Counted from the stretch's first letter, positions 14,030 to 27,303 are shown. The stretch is DNA of 64,000 nucleotides from Lama guanicoe (GCA_013239625.1 MU053513.1:3212927-3276926); one strand, 5' to 3'. A program made the numbers and translations. Notes: generated by a model from the sequence alone, not told the origin.

Positions 14030-14460
14030 TGGCCATCCCTTGATTGTTGGCCTAGTCAGGGAGATCTGTAATTTCTCTGAATCCTTGCCCAAAGCATTGG
14101 TTTATCTAGGGATCACAATGATGTCATTGAGGACCCAGGTTCTTGATCTGTGTCTCCACTCTTCTGTCCACAGAGTGGGCTGCCTCCTAAGGCTGGTTCC
14201 CCTTGTGGACAGAGGATGGTTGCTGGTAGCAATCAGTAATGCATGCTGTTTTGTTCACATTCAGTAGGAGAGAGAGTCATTTCCAGAAATGTTATCTCAA
14301 ATGTAATAATAGTCTTTTCCAGAAGCCTCCAGAAAATTCTTTATGAAGTCTCATTGCCCTGAATTGGCTTCAGACCTACCTAACCCTGTACCCATAACTG
14401 TGGAAAGGAGGATGGGCCCATCTGAGCTGAGGATCAGCTCCCCAGTCCTCATGGCTGGAA
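14030..14460 (-). mobile_element. MaLR LTR (MLT1J/K-like)
   Basis: gatgtcattgaggacccaggttc...ttttccagaagcctccag...gtctcattgccctgaattggc recalled MLT1 motifs. Confidence 0.55.
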
Positions 14461-14993
14461 TGCAGTGGGGAGAATGAATTGAGGTGACAACCACGGTGTC
14501 CACAACAGTTGAGGACCTTATAGGAACTTCGTTTATATTCCTGGTGATCTAACTGTAATTCTTTCAAGCCTGGCAAAGCAAAATCACTTTTGAATGGAGA
14601 GCATGTATACTGTAGACCTGTAACCCCCTACCTCCTAAGTTTATTTAATTGTTTTATTTGTAGATGTTTGTCTGCATTCACCATTTGTTTCCATCAAAAC
14701 CCCCTTTACTTGGCCATACTAAGTAAGAAGATGTTCTCTGATTCTTGACTCAGAAAAGAGAGACCATATCTTCATTCAGCACTTAGGCTGCATGAAAGAA
14801 AGCATTAATTAATGCACTGAAATTGGCCAGCTGCTGAAGGAACCCTGACAGGTGGGAGTGTTGATTCCTCACCCTTCCACCTGAGGAGTCTTCATCAACC
14901 AAAGAGCATCTGGAGGAGTAATGAGGGGACTCCAGGGGGTAAAGGTACTTTATCATGTTGATCTGAAACTGCCTTCACTTTCTTCTTTCACAG

Positions 14994-15530
14994 GCATGAT
15001 TAAAAATTGGCAATTCACAACAAATGTTATCCTGTTTGTATAGATCTGCACTTCAATGGGTACTTTGCCACGTGGATTTATCGGGTTCATCCAAATACTT
15101 TAAAGCCCTTGAGGATGCCCAGGGAGAAATGGATGCAAAGGCATCTCCTGCGAGGCCTGAAGCATCCCAAGAAAAATCCTCTGATGAGCCTGAGACTCTC
15201 CTTAGGAGGCTTCCACTCCAGGCACACTGGGACATTTCCCGGGTGTACGCAGATGCTCCCAACAGAAACAAACAAATCCAGCGTGATTCTCAACCGACTT
15301 CAAGTCACAGAGAAGACTTCTTCCGTGCCTGCTGGAGCGGCCCACTTAGGGTTTGTCTGCTCTCTCCTCTTGCTGAAAGCACGATCAATTGTTTCTGATC
15401 CAAATCAATAATCCTCACCCTCATATGAACAGGGAATTTTATACTAGCTGTTTGTTCTCCTGCTGTCCTTTTTCTAATGCTAGGGACAACTAGTTTAAAG
15501 TCCAATAAAAATTCTATCTTAGCTTGTACA
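14994..15530 (+). ncRNA. candidate 3'-terminal exon of an unannotated plus-strand transcript
   Basis: strong acceptor ccttcactttcttctttcacAG (14992-14993); AATAAA at 15504-15509 and 15606-15611; not recognised as repeat. Confidence 0.35.
15024..15398 (+). CDS. hypothetical 124-aa ORF inside the candidate terminal exon; no recognisable homology
   Basis: ATG-initiated ORF 30 nt after the acceptor; weak Kozak context; upstream out-of-frame ATG at 14996. Confidence 0.13.
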   Translation: MLSCLYRSALQWVLCHVDLSGSSKYFKALEDAQGEMDAKASPARPEASQEKSSDEPETLLRRLPLQAHWDISRVYADAPNRNKQIQRDSQPTSSHREDFFRACWSGPLRVCLLSPLAESTINCF

Positions 15531-16642
15531 CTATCAGCATCCTCTTTTACCCAGAAAAAAGGAAGAAAATGTTTACTTATATTCTTGGCCGTGGCTTCCT
15601 CATGAAATAAAGCTCTTCTTTATAGACATTTTATTCTCACAAGTCTTCACAATACAGACTTTAGAAGATTGCTTTCTGGACATTCTCTGATCCAAATATT
15701 TGTTCAAGACACCATGAACATCTCATGTGACTGAGTACCAGACCATGTTATTAAACATAAACTGAATTGGCGATGTGAACATCTCTGTGAGAACTCGCAC
15801 ACAGCAATTGGAAAGTACAGAATCCTAGGTGAGCCACGATGCAGCCTCAGGGAAGATCCTAAATGACAGCTTTGCACTACACAAAGCCACAAACTGAAAG
15901 AAGTCAAGAAACATTAGCTTGTCATCCAAACTTCCTTTAAAGCTTAACAGGCCAAATTCCATCGAATGCAGCTGCTTCCCTATTTCAAGTTCAAAGCTCA
16001 CTTACAAAAACGGGGGAAAAAGGCCTTCTTAGGATCTAATCGGAGGCTATTGATAATTTTTTTTTAAGCCAGTGCCACCATCCAACATCATGGCAGTCAC
16101 TCAGGATCATTCTGTTTGCTGGCAAATTAGTTAAAGATGAGATAACTGAAATTTCTGCACCATCAGCTGAAGTTACCACTTGCAAAACTGAGCCAAAAGG
16201 AGGATTAAAAGACATATGTATAAGAGCTAGGGACATTTTCCAAGAAGAGACAGTAAATTCCAAAGACAGAGGCATCGCTCAGCATCACTGCACAGCATCA
16301 GTTTTATCTGTCCGTGACAGATGTCTGAGTTGGCTTGAAATCGGGCTAGTCAATGGTTTTCTAAACTGACTTAGAAAATAGACCCCAAAATTGGATATAT
16401 CTCATTACTAAGTACAACCTACCTTCTACCATTATCTATCAATCTGAAATATCTCTCAATAATAAAAATTTTGAGATCTGAAGTTTGCATCTAAGTTTGC
16501 ATTGGGAGCCAATTCACCATTTTCCCACTCGTTTAATATCAAAGGAGAGGACCTCATCATGACCTCACTGCGTCTGCATCTCTGGTCTCAACAGAGACTC
16601 TTTCTGAGGCACTGGAAGGATCTGGGCCCTGGTGATTTGGAG

Positions 16643-17205
16643 TGTAGGGGAGCAAAACTTGCCACCCCAAAACGTCTCTTTGGCATGTGGATTATTTTAA
16701 GCTGGAAACAATCGAGGCTCAGATGACTCAGGAGTAAACTTCGACCTTCCCCACTAACTGCCTGAAGAGCACAGACAAAGAACCTGTTCCAGGAAGGGAG
16801 CTGTCAGGATAGATAACTATAGTGAGAACCAGGTTTATAAATAGGGAGAAACCTAGCAAGGTCTGTGTGTTAAAATTCCTCCATCCCACTGTCTCTGCTT
16901 GGTCGAGCAAACATTTATTTATCAAACATTTGCTTTTTCATCTCCATGTGAATTGCCTTCATCCTCTCTGAAGTCCCAAACCACTACTCACTACATCCTT
17001 CTTCATCTTTAGCTGAAGGTGGTATTTAAAGTGAGGGTTTCAGCCATTTGGGGGAGTTACTCAGTTTTTTTGGGTCTTTCCTCCTGTATACATATTATTA
17101 AACTTTTGCTTGATTTTCTTCTGTTAATCTGTTTCACATCAATTTAATTCTTAGATCAGCCAGAAGAACCTAGAAGGGTAGAGAAAAATTTCTTCCTCCC
17201 TGACA
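16643..17205 (+). mobile_element. ERV1-class solo LTR (MER34/MER39-like)
   Basis: TG...CA termini, perfect 4-bp TSD GGAG (16639-16642 / 17206-17209), TATA-like gtatttaaa and ATTAAA poly(A) signal. Confidence 0.9.
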
Positions 17206-17519
17206 GGAGGAATAGAAAAATGACAATGATTTATTGCCAAAACCTGCCTGGTTTGATTAGAAAGGCCTCACCTGGAAGGCTTTCTTTTTATTCATTTACT
17301 GAGCCTCTATGGGACTTCTACTAGCAGTTCTGTGATGGACACAAAAGTAGAAGACACTCACCTGGAGTGAGAGCTATTGTTAACTTCTAGTCAAAAAGCC
17401 AGAGAGGAAAAAGTACACCTGCTTACACGCAGAAGTTCTGGGTATTCAGTCACATCTTCCTCTGTAACCTGGGGAATTCTGTACCTCCAATTGTGAAGTG
17501 CTAGCTGTTTACATATGGG

Positions 17520-17720
17520 TTAGGGACACAGGGTCTGGAGCCAGCTGTAAAACCCAGCTCCTCGACCCAGTAGCTACAGGACCTGGACAAATTACTCAAA
17601 TTCTCTGTAACTCAGTGTCCTCATCTGTGAAATAAGAATAACACTACCACCAACCTCAGAGGGCTGTTGTGATGATTAAATTAATTTACATATGTAAAGT
17701 ACCTAGGATAATGCTTGGCG
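17520..17720 (+). mobile_element. MIR SINE
   Basis: ctggacaaattactc...ctcagtgtcctcatctgtgaaat...gttgtgatgattaaa. Confidence 0.75.
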
Positions 17721-18259
17721 TTTAAAATCAATATATATAATATTCGTATTAATAATATATGTTTAAAATTCATACACATAATAAATATTTCAAAAGTATA
17801 TAATAAAAGCTAAATAAAATTAAATAAGTTTTATAGTAAACATATAATTATATAGGAGGCTAAATAAATTCTCTGATTCTTTAAAATCACTTGAAAAATG
17901 AAGGTATGCTTCAAGTCATAGAAAACGGAAAGAAAATTAATATACACACTGATTATAAAAGGGACCCCAATGTTGAAAACACATACAACTTTGTAAAAAG
18001 TCTAATCTAGAGCTTCTATGTTAGTAGCAGTAGATTCACAAAGAATATATAAGAGGTTCTTTTAATGATCCAGATGAATCCAGTGAAGGGTGAGATGATA
18101 TCTTTTTCTTTCACCCCTTTTAGTATTGAGGAGAGTCATTAAAATAATTTTATTAACCTCATAGCTTAACGTAACAGGTATTCAATAAGCGTTTATCATT
18201 GTTAATAATTATGACAGGGATAGCTCTCTCACAAACAAAATAGTACTATTTCATTATTA

Positions 18260-18480
18260 ACAACTAGCATTTGATTAGTTCTTTACAAAGCACTTCCCAT
18301 ATATTATTTTGAGAGAGCCTCAAAGCTTCCTATGGGGAGAATAGGCCACTTTTTCTTTTTCTTAGATGGAAAATGTAACTCAGGATAGTTGACCTACTTG
18401 CTGAAGGTTACACGGCTTATAAGTAGTAGAGATAGACCTCAAATTCAAGTTCATTTTTTTCTGAACTCTAGATGCTCCCA
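18260..18480 (-). mobile_element. MIR SINE
   Basis: ttagatggaaaatgtaactcagga...acttgctgaaggttacacgg antisense core. Confidence 0.55.
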
Positions 18481-18989
18481 ACCAACCAAAGTCAGATTGT
18501 TATAACTGTTCAAGGACTACTGGTGATGCTGATGTGGATGACAGGAGAGAGAGCTAGAATGTCCCCCTCTAAGACACTTATCAACACCACGCATTTTCTT
18601 TTCTTTTTTTTCCTGCCTCTGTTACCAGTAACGCCTCTATGTTTCTTCAAAGTTATCAGTGCAGCTGTCTCAATATCAGACGAAAGCAAAGCTCACAGGA
18701 AATAAACCTATGTGGGCTAAGTCATTCTTTTTAACAGTTCTTTCTGGTCACTACGGTATAACCTTGACTTGCCTGAGTCTGTGGTTATTTAAAGCAACAG
18801 GAACCAGCATGATCACACATTTTATTAACTGAACTTAATTCCAAATTACTTTGGACTATTTTTAAAAAAGTAAATTCACCACCAAAGAGTAAACATTCGC
18901 TACATAATCAAGGATACTCAACATAGAAAGGAAATCTCAAAAAAAAAATTCCAGAAAATTTTGATCAAATGTACATCATTAAAATAAGA

Positions 18990-19750
18990 GTGGGGTTCTG
19001 CTTCTACGTGGTGTGTAAAGAACCAGAAAGAGCATTGCTCTCACTCTAACAGTGAGAGCTGAGGTGGCAGGGTAACACAGCTGCTGAAATTCCAAGTAGA
19101 GACAGGCCCTTTCAAGGAGAGTGGGGCACACAGACTGGCTCATCTGTGGCAGAGCAATGGAGAAAAAGTTACCGGCCACCCGGCAACTGGGTAAGAAGAA
19201 ATCAATTAAAATTTTAACAAGTTGCTAAAGGCCAGATGTGAGCTAGTGTGTCCCGGGACTCTCACAGGAGTCCCAAACCAAAGAGGAGTTTGCACTCCCA
19301 GCAGACTCATCTCCCTGAACCTCAGGGAGGAATGGGGCAGATGGAACACTGAAGAGAGTCAAATTCAGGGATGCAGAAGGGGATGAGCTCCCTCTGAAGA
19401 CGAAAGAATCTAATCTGGATCCCTTCCTGGGTCCCTTCTCCCACAAGCCACAAGGGGTGGGCAGCAAACCCAGTTGCCCTTCAAGGCATCTGTAAGTTAC
19501 TCATTGCTGCTGGGGAAAGGGTGGAAAGAAAAAGCTCCCCACCCCTGGCGAAGAAGCAGAAAAATCCCCCAGCCCACGATCCCACAACTACACTGTTAAG
19601 GGCTCCCTACCACTGTGGGGGAGGCAGATACTCTTTTCCACCAAGACATACCATAAATACAACGTGGCTAGGCTGCTAAGAAGAGAGGGGACAGAAACAT
19701 CGAGAAAGTACCCCCCTCCCCAGGGCCTAGCTGGAACTGAGCCAGACAGA
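18990..19750 (+). mobile_element. probable old L1 5' UTR fragment
   Basis: GC-elevated block whose start resembles L1M-type 5' ends; recalled similarity only. Confidence 0.35.
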
Positions 19751-19759
19751 ACAATAGAG

Positions 19760-20500
19760 GAGTGGAAACAGAGAAGCCAGTTAGGAAATTACTGCAGTAT
19801 CCAGGGACAGGACCATGACGGGCTTGAAGCAAGATTGTAGTAATGGCAGATGTAAAAAAAATTGGTAGATTTTGGACTGATTCTGAAGGTACAGCTTATA
19901 TTTCTTGATGGCTTGGATGTGGGGAAAGAGTAGAGTGTCACAAATTTGCTTTGCTTTGGAGAATACCACTTTCAGCCTGTTCTCTGGGAGTAATTGGTAA
20001 TAGGGCTTTCTTTCATCCTGAAAGTATCCTGGTTTGCACAATAAATTATATGAATGCCCTAAGTTTGAAAGAGAGAGGAGTCAAGGATGCCCCCAACTGT
20101 TTGGGATAAGCAACTGAAAGGATGAAGCTCCCTTGCCATGGGAAGTCTTCAGGTGGTACAGCCTTAGGAAGGATGATCAGGAGCTCAGTAGGATGTTAAA
20201 TTTAAGATGTCCATGAGATGTCCAAGTGGAGATATCAAGTAGGCAATTTGCTGTTCAAGTCTATACTGTGGGAGGAAGAACTGGGTTGGAGATATAAATA
20301 GGAGTCATCAGCATATAGATGGTACTTAAAGCAGTTAGACTGAATGAGATCACCACGGGGATGTGTGAGAAGAAAACAAGATCACAGGCTGAGCCCTGGA
20401 CTACTCCAGCTCAGCCAAGGAGAGTGAAAAGGCTCCACTACTATGCTAGGAGAAAAAAGAGAGAGAAAATGCCATGTCCTAGAAACCAAGTGAAGAAAAT
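19760..20500 (-). mobile_element. LINE-2, interrupted by a MER94-like element
   Basis: gagaagccagttaggaa...ggagtcaaggatg...gagatgtccaagtggagatatcaagtaggca...gactgaatgagatcacc. Confidence 0.75.
19931..20061 (-). mobile_element. hAT-Blackjack MITE (MER94-like) nested in L2
   Basis: ends ...aaagtatcctggtttgcacaataaattatatgaatgcccta, the reverse complement of the recalled MER94 start; degenerate TIR tagagtg. Confidence 0.65.
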
Positions 20501-22191
20501 CAAAGTCCATTTTTTAAAATGTTATACTACTAATTTTACAGTAGGTCATATTGACCTTTCTCCAAATTAAGCTGTTCATGAGCTTTAAAAATTTACAAGT
20601 ATCTGTAAGAAGTGGTCCTTTATTTATGTAAGGTCAGAGATGCAGTAAGAGATAACATGATATGAGGTTTAGTCCAAATTCTAATGATAACTTGCTCTGC
20701 AACTTTAAGTCAGTCATAGTCTAGTTGTGTTTCAGTTCTTTCACCTGCTAAGTTTTTTAGTCTTTTATTCATTCATAACGTATTTGTGGAGTGCCTACTA
20801 TGTACAATGTCCAAGTGGGGTCAATTTTTTATCACCTAATCATTAGGATAGATGTGATAATGTAAATGCTTTGGGAAGTTCGCTATGTAAATATGCTACA
20901 TGCTACATATGATTTTGCTGACAATTCTTTTCCAAAGATTCTTAAAATCTAAGATATGCTATAAGCATGTCCCTTAGACGACTTTGAGGTAGTCCTATTC
21001 AGAATTAGAAGAATGACCCAGGACCTCCTCTCAACATTCACTCATTCTTTTTCCCGCGTGAAATTTCCAGTGGGTTCTAGGCCCTGCACCAGCTCTGGGA
21101 ACACAAAAATGAACAAAACACAGTCCTTGCCTTCAAGTAGCTCATAATCTAATAGTCAAGTGAACAAACACATACATTACAATGCACTTTCCTAAGACGT
21201 TTCTCAGCAATCTCTCTTGACTAAGCAACGGTCAGATGCATTTAAGAAATCACAGATGGCAAAGCTTCTTTATCTTTACTGACATATTTAACTTACTTTT
21301 TAAAATTGCATACTAGAGGGAGAAACTGTTCGCTTCCTATCAACTGAGAACAGTTAAAGAAATCAAAATGCTTTAAAAACCTCCTGGAAACAAGTTGATT
21401 CCCTGACAAAAATCATTATCTGAAATGTTTCTTGACTGAAGGGTGAATCACACCATGTCTGGACAAAACAATGCAGAAGAAAGTTAGCAATAAAGTGACA
21501 GCAAAATTAAGGCATTAAAGCTCCAAAGATCAACATCCTGACAGCTATTTTCAGGAGTATTCACCCCTCTAAGATAAAGCCAAAAATACTACCTTAGAAT
21601 TCTCTTAGGGATTATCTGAAATTCTGCAGGCCAGCACTTTCTGTAGTGTGGCATTTCCTGATAACACACGAAATACTTTGCTGATTCACAGTAAGATCCC
21701 ATCAGAACCGTCAACCTCAAGGATGGGTCAGGAAGTGAATGAAAATGCCCTGAGGAGGAAAAATTGCATCTTTTCATTGTCTTATCCATAAGCAGTTACT
21801 CTGTTATTAAGAAAGCAAGATCTCATTAAAATTAGAAAGAAACAAATGTTTGCCTTTCCAAGGGCAGGGCAAGAGGGGATGAAGTAAAGTTAGGGGAGGG
21901 GAGAATTAAAACTGAAAGTCCAAAATGTAAAGGGAAAATAACTTCAAAAAGTATTTAGCTGAGTTAACCACCACAGCATTTTTATAATAACCAAAGGGCT
22001 TACTTTGAGAGTTTTCCTTAAAGAGAACAAAGTCACTACCTTATAAAAGAAAGAGATGGCTACTTCTTCTGAACACTGAACAGTCTCAGTTTTCATCTAT
22101 CACAGAGGGGTTAGTTATGCTTATGACTGTGGCCTTTAGGACAAAGTACTTATTTAAGTCGCCAGCTAAAAATGAAGAAGTAAATAAATAA

Positions 22192-22639
22192 TGAAGGGGA
22201 CTGCAAATAAGAAAAGTATATTTGGAATCTAAAGAACTGTGATTCAGAAGACACGGATTTGGGTAACCGTGAGAGTGCTCCCAGGAAGAGAAAGAGTCAG
22301 GGGCTTACAAAGATAAAAAGTCACAAGGTTGTTCAAAGTTGCCTGGCAAGAACTGTGATAGACTCTGAAGCAAGACAGAAAACATCTGACTTAAGGAATC
22401 ACATGTAGTTTCAGGGTCAGTGTCCAAAAAGTAGACAGGCTGTCACGAGTTACTTTAGGGCAAGGTTCCCGTAAGTATCTTGAATTTCTGGCAGGTGTTC
22501 TGGGTGATGTCATCGGGTCAAAAGGTCATGTTCCACCCAGGCTAAGATGTGCAAAAGTCAAACTTCCTTAATGGCCTCCTGGCTCCATTCTAGTCAGCTC
22601 TCTTAGCAATACCGACTCCATTCTGATTTTCCTTTCACA
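22192..22639 (-). mobile_element. ERV solo LTR (MER90/MER110-like)
   Basis: antisense begins tgtgaaaggaaaatcagaatggagtc and ends ...cccttca; AAATAA on both sides (22186-22191 / 22640-22645), possibly chance in AT-rich DNA. Confidence 0.7.
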
Positions 22640-24650
22640 AAATAAAAATCTATTTAGAAAAAAATTCTTCTGAGTCTACATTTCCCACCACCATTCTCAC
22701 CATCATAGTTTATTAAATTGGTGGTTGCTTGGTTTTCACCCAGTTTCTCTCCTCCGTTAGATTGGGAGTGTTGATTTAATATGAGTTTAAGAAGAAAGAT
22801 TGCATATTTCTTTTGAAAAATCCACTACATGTCCTATTCAGACAATGACATTACAAACTGATTTATAAGGCCAACCTATATAATTTTCAAATATGTGAAG
22901 AGACCTCAAAGAATGAGATCGCTTTTGCCTGATAGGCGTGATTGCAGATATGAGGTCTCCATTAAGACTGTTTTTTACCCCTTAGAAAATTTTAAATGAC
23001 ATCCAAATAATAGTTAACTTCAAAACATAAGACACTAGCAAGTAAATTGTATAGTTAATGTATCATAGGAAATGCTAGCACTTTGCACTTCCAGTGCTCC
23101 CTTTATTCAAACAACAATAAAAAATATTACAAAAGTAGGCAATCTTTATCTCCGATATCTAGCACTATTTCTATAATCGGCAATGTGACAAAAATACTTA
23201 GGAGCCAAAGAAAATGCTGTATTTGATTTGAAGCACTTTTTTCATGGCTCAGGACCCTGTGAAATCTTCCAGGAAATATCCACCCATGTAAGTGTGCATG
23301 GCCAATGTGACAAGGAAGAGATGCGATATCAGGGATTCCAGAATGCCCATCTGCTGTGTCTCCTCAACCAGCCTCTCGTGATACCACAGATTCCTCCCCA
23401 CAAAGCCCTGTTCAAAAGTAAAATATAAATCCAGACAGGAATAAAATCAAGAGGTTATTAGCACTGGCTAGTACGTGACTAGGTGTTAGTTGCTGTCTTT
23501 CGGAAAGAAAAGAATATATAATACCTCACAGATTTGTTGTGAAGGTTAAAAGAATTAATACAAAAAAGGTATTTAGAACAGTGCCTGCAGATTCTATATA
23601 ATCAATAAATTATCTATAAAAATTTATATAATATAATTATATTAATATAATAATGAATAATAAATAAAATATAGTAATAGTTATCAACTTTGAATAGAAA
23701 GCTCCTCTATGGTTCATAGAATATGAATAAGGAACTCAAAGCACTATGACTCTCTGTCTCCAGGGACACTAGGGATACTTAAGTGTGCTGGTGGGTTATG
23801 GATAGTTTATAAAAGAATAAGCTAGATACTTATATTTTAGTTTGGCAGTCATGGCCACAATTGTACTTCTATCCCTCTGTCTCCTACAGCTGTTAACATT
23901 GGCAGATATAACCAGAAGCTTTCGTTACGCCAATTTCAGTCTAAATACCTTATCTAAAAAGCGTCAAATCCATTAGAATAGCATGTCTTTACATTTTTAG
24001 AGAAGGCAGTTCCAAGGGGCAACCCCAGTTATATCTACACTCTAATACCCACTCCTAGGGGCTCCTGCCACAGGTACCATACAGACAGAGGACACAACAT
24101 ATAGAATCTATATGGAATTAGAAAAGCAAAGCCACCGAAGGATTCTCCCAGGTTGAAAATGACAGATCAGCATCTGCACAGGAAAGAAAAAAGGGGGGGG
24201 GGCGCTTCAACTCTCTTCATTTTTCGATAATAACAGTATTCTGAATGCGTAAGTGTGTGGAAGCTTTTGTCTAGTACACCAGGGCTGAATCTTCTGGATG
24301 AACATTTAAACATGTAAAAGAAAAGTCTTCAACAAATAATCAGTTCCAAGTAGCTTTGTATACAGAACATTTTCAATACAAGTCAAACACAAAACAAAAT
24401 ACTTAAGCATTACTTCCAATTAGAAAAGTCTTTTGGGTGGCTATGTGACATGAAATCTGCTTCTGGTGAGGTTTTGCATCCAAACATGAATGCATTTAAG
24501 ACAAAAGAGCAGATCAATGCATGAAAGATTTCATCACTTCCTTTATCACAAATGTTATTTCAACATGGGTCTTGTCACGGAAGCAAGCTAAGATGATCTT
24601 TTGCCATCTTGGTGGAGTGGATAGCAAGGACTTCAACCAGGTTGTATCTT

Positions 24651-25166
24651 TTTTTGAAAAGAAATTGAGATATAATTGACATACAATGTCATATTAGTTC
24701 GGGTGTACAACATAATGATTCGATATTTGTACACATTGGGAAATAATCACCACAGTAAGTCAAGTTAACATCCATCACCACTCATAGATAAACATCTTTT
24801 TTTCTTGTGAAGAGACCTTTTAAGATCTACTCTCTTCACAACTTTCAAATATGCAATGCAGTGTTATTAACTATAGTTATCACGCTCTATATTACATCCT
24901 CATCACTTATTTTGTAAGTGGAAGTTTGAACTTTTTGACCCCCTTTACTCATTTCACCCCCTCCCCACAACCTCCCATCTCTGGCAGCCACCAGTCTGTT
25001 CTTTGTATCAATAAGACTGGTTTTTTTGTTTGTTTTGTTTTGTTTTAAAGTCCACATTTAAGTGTGATCATATGGTATCTGTCTTTTTCTGTCTAACTTA
25101 TTTCACTCGGTATAATGCCCTCAACGTCCATCTGTGTTGCCACAAGAGGCAAGACTTCTTTCTTTT
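24651..25166 (-). mobile_element. 5'-truncated L1 3' end (L1MA-like)
   Basis: classic antisense L1 3'UTR; degenerate 17-bp TSD caaccaggttgtatctt (24634-24650) / cagccaggtcacatctt (25167-25183). Confidence 0.88.
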
Positions 25167-26982
25167 CAGCCAGGTCACATCTTGATTACACTACCATATT
25201 GAAAATCCAAGAAAGGCAGAAAGATTTGCAGCCCTTGAAATAATTCATTTGGTCACATTCCCCAAAGCATTAGAAGACCAACCGATACTACACCTCCTGA
25301 CCAAGAACCCTCTTTAGTTTGAAGGCACCGCCATACCCTGACTCTTCATGTTTTTCCTTGTCCCTTCTCATCTACTAACATAAGCTTTTGCAACAAGTGA
25401 CTTTGAGTAATACTAGTTCATTAGAAGAAGGGGGAAAAAAAATCCTTGAGACAAGCATCCTTACTGACATAAATAATAAAACGTCATTTTGAAAGTTACT
25501 TGCAAAAGTTGCACATTTTATTATAACTATACTGATATTTGTCATAGATGTGTCCCACCCTAAAAGAGAAATTTCAGAGACTACTAAGAACATTACTATC
25601 TGAGCAAAAGCCGCAACAAACCAAGTTCACAGACTATAAGATCCTAGCTGATAACTGACAAAAGCAAGTTGACAGAAGCCCCTGAATGTACCATTCTCCT
25701 TGTCTGAAGCAGAGACGTGGTTTTGAAAGAGATTGGAACTGAGAATTACTGAAAGAAACGACGTCAGTCTAGTCAGTATGTCAGGTCAAATTACATAAAC
25801 AGGGATGTAAACTATTACTTCCCCAGCTACAGATCTAGTTACATAAATAAGATAAATGGGGTGTCGGGTACAATGCCCTTCCCATTTTCCTCTGTTCAAC
25901 TTTAAATCCAATTCCTAACTCCTAAACATACGCAGACTACACTGGGTAATCTCGCATTGCTTTATCTACTGTCTCGGTCCCTCTCTGTCTCCGTGTGTGT
26001 GTGTCTCTCTCCTTCTTCTATCCCACTATCAATTTCTCTCTCTTTTTCAAATATGGTCTGAATTAGTCAAAATTAACTTGTCTAGTGATTCCTGGGCAGT
26101 CTATCAGATACAAGTTTCCTAAGGAAATCAGCTATAAATCAAAGTTTGGAAAATGCGGGATTTAAAATGACCATGACCATTCATTCTGAAACAGTATGAT
26201 TTTTCAAACGGAAAACCACCTAGGATTTAGTTTTCCCCACTCACCCATCCCCTTCTAAACAGCCTGTCTTCCAACTAAAACAAGGAATTGGTTGCTTGCT
26301 GAGTCACAGTCTGGTGTGGTAAATGAGTACATGAAGTGTGGTCATAAAATATCAGAATGAATTTTTTATCAAAAATACCAGTCTTGATGCTTGAGAATCA
26401 CATTGGGAGGCTGCATAATTGTGCCACTGCTCCACGTATTTCTGAAACTCTATAATTCTCTTTTGCGATTTTGTGATCTTCAGTTTGAAGTAAATTTTCC
26501 AGCTTTGATGGTATATATTATTTTTGAAATATACTCCAAATCATTTAGAGTTAATTCAGTGATTGAAATTGGGTAACTATTATTTGAGGTCAAAATAAAA
26601 TATGACTAACCAGTTCCAGCCAGAATATGTTATTCACCCTTCACTCCTTTCAGTGTCTAATACTAGCACACTCTCAAGAAATGCTAGTCAGAATAGATAA
26701 CAGATGACATTGCATGGTTCATAACTAGATCTGAAGACTTTGAGAACCACAGAATCTCTCTTAGGTGTCTACTTTGAGTGAAACAGCACTAATTTTATAC
26801 ATGTAAATTCTAGTGTTTTACAAATCTCTTTACTTTATTGACACATTTTTAATATGTATCTGTTGATTGGCTCTGGCCATTTGCTGCAAGTTGACTTACA
26901 CAGCCTAACTTCTATTCAGATATCCTGGCATGCCTGTTAAAGATTGAAACAGAATAAGCTATGGTTTCATTTTGGTGTAGAG

Positions 26983-27303
26983 CAGGGGCTGGCAAACTTT
27001 TTTTTTTAATAAAGGACTGGACAGCAAATATTTTAGACTTTATGAACCAAACAACAAAATAAAGGATATTATGTATTATTAATGAAATTCAAAATATAAT
27101 CATAATAATTGAATACAATTTTTATAATATAAATCTAATGATAAGAGTAAAATTACTTCCTAGAGGGTAATATTTCACTTAATTGTGGTCATAGTCACTG
27201 CTACCCATCATCACATTGATTGCAAATGTTCATTTGTGTAAACAACCCTTACAAAAATGGGTATTAAGCCAGATTTGCCCAATAGTCAGTTAGCCAACCC
27301 TTG
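26983..27303. mobile_element. hAT-Charlie MITE (MER58-like)
   Basis: TIRs caggggctggcaaact ... agttagccaacccttg. Confidence 0.75.

Noticed and set aside
14802..14815. Perfect 14-bp palindrome GCATTAATTAATGC
   Set aside because: A few palindromes of this length are expected by chance in 64 kb of AT-rich DNA.
17720..17860. Extreme AT-rich tract (also ~23600-23680 and ~51260-51370)
   Set aside because: Low-complexity sequence beside repeat tails; no defined structure.
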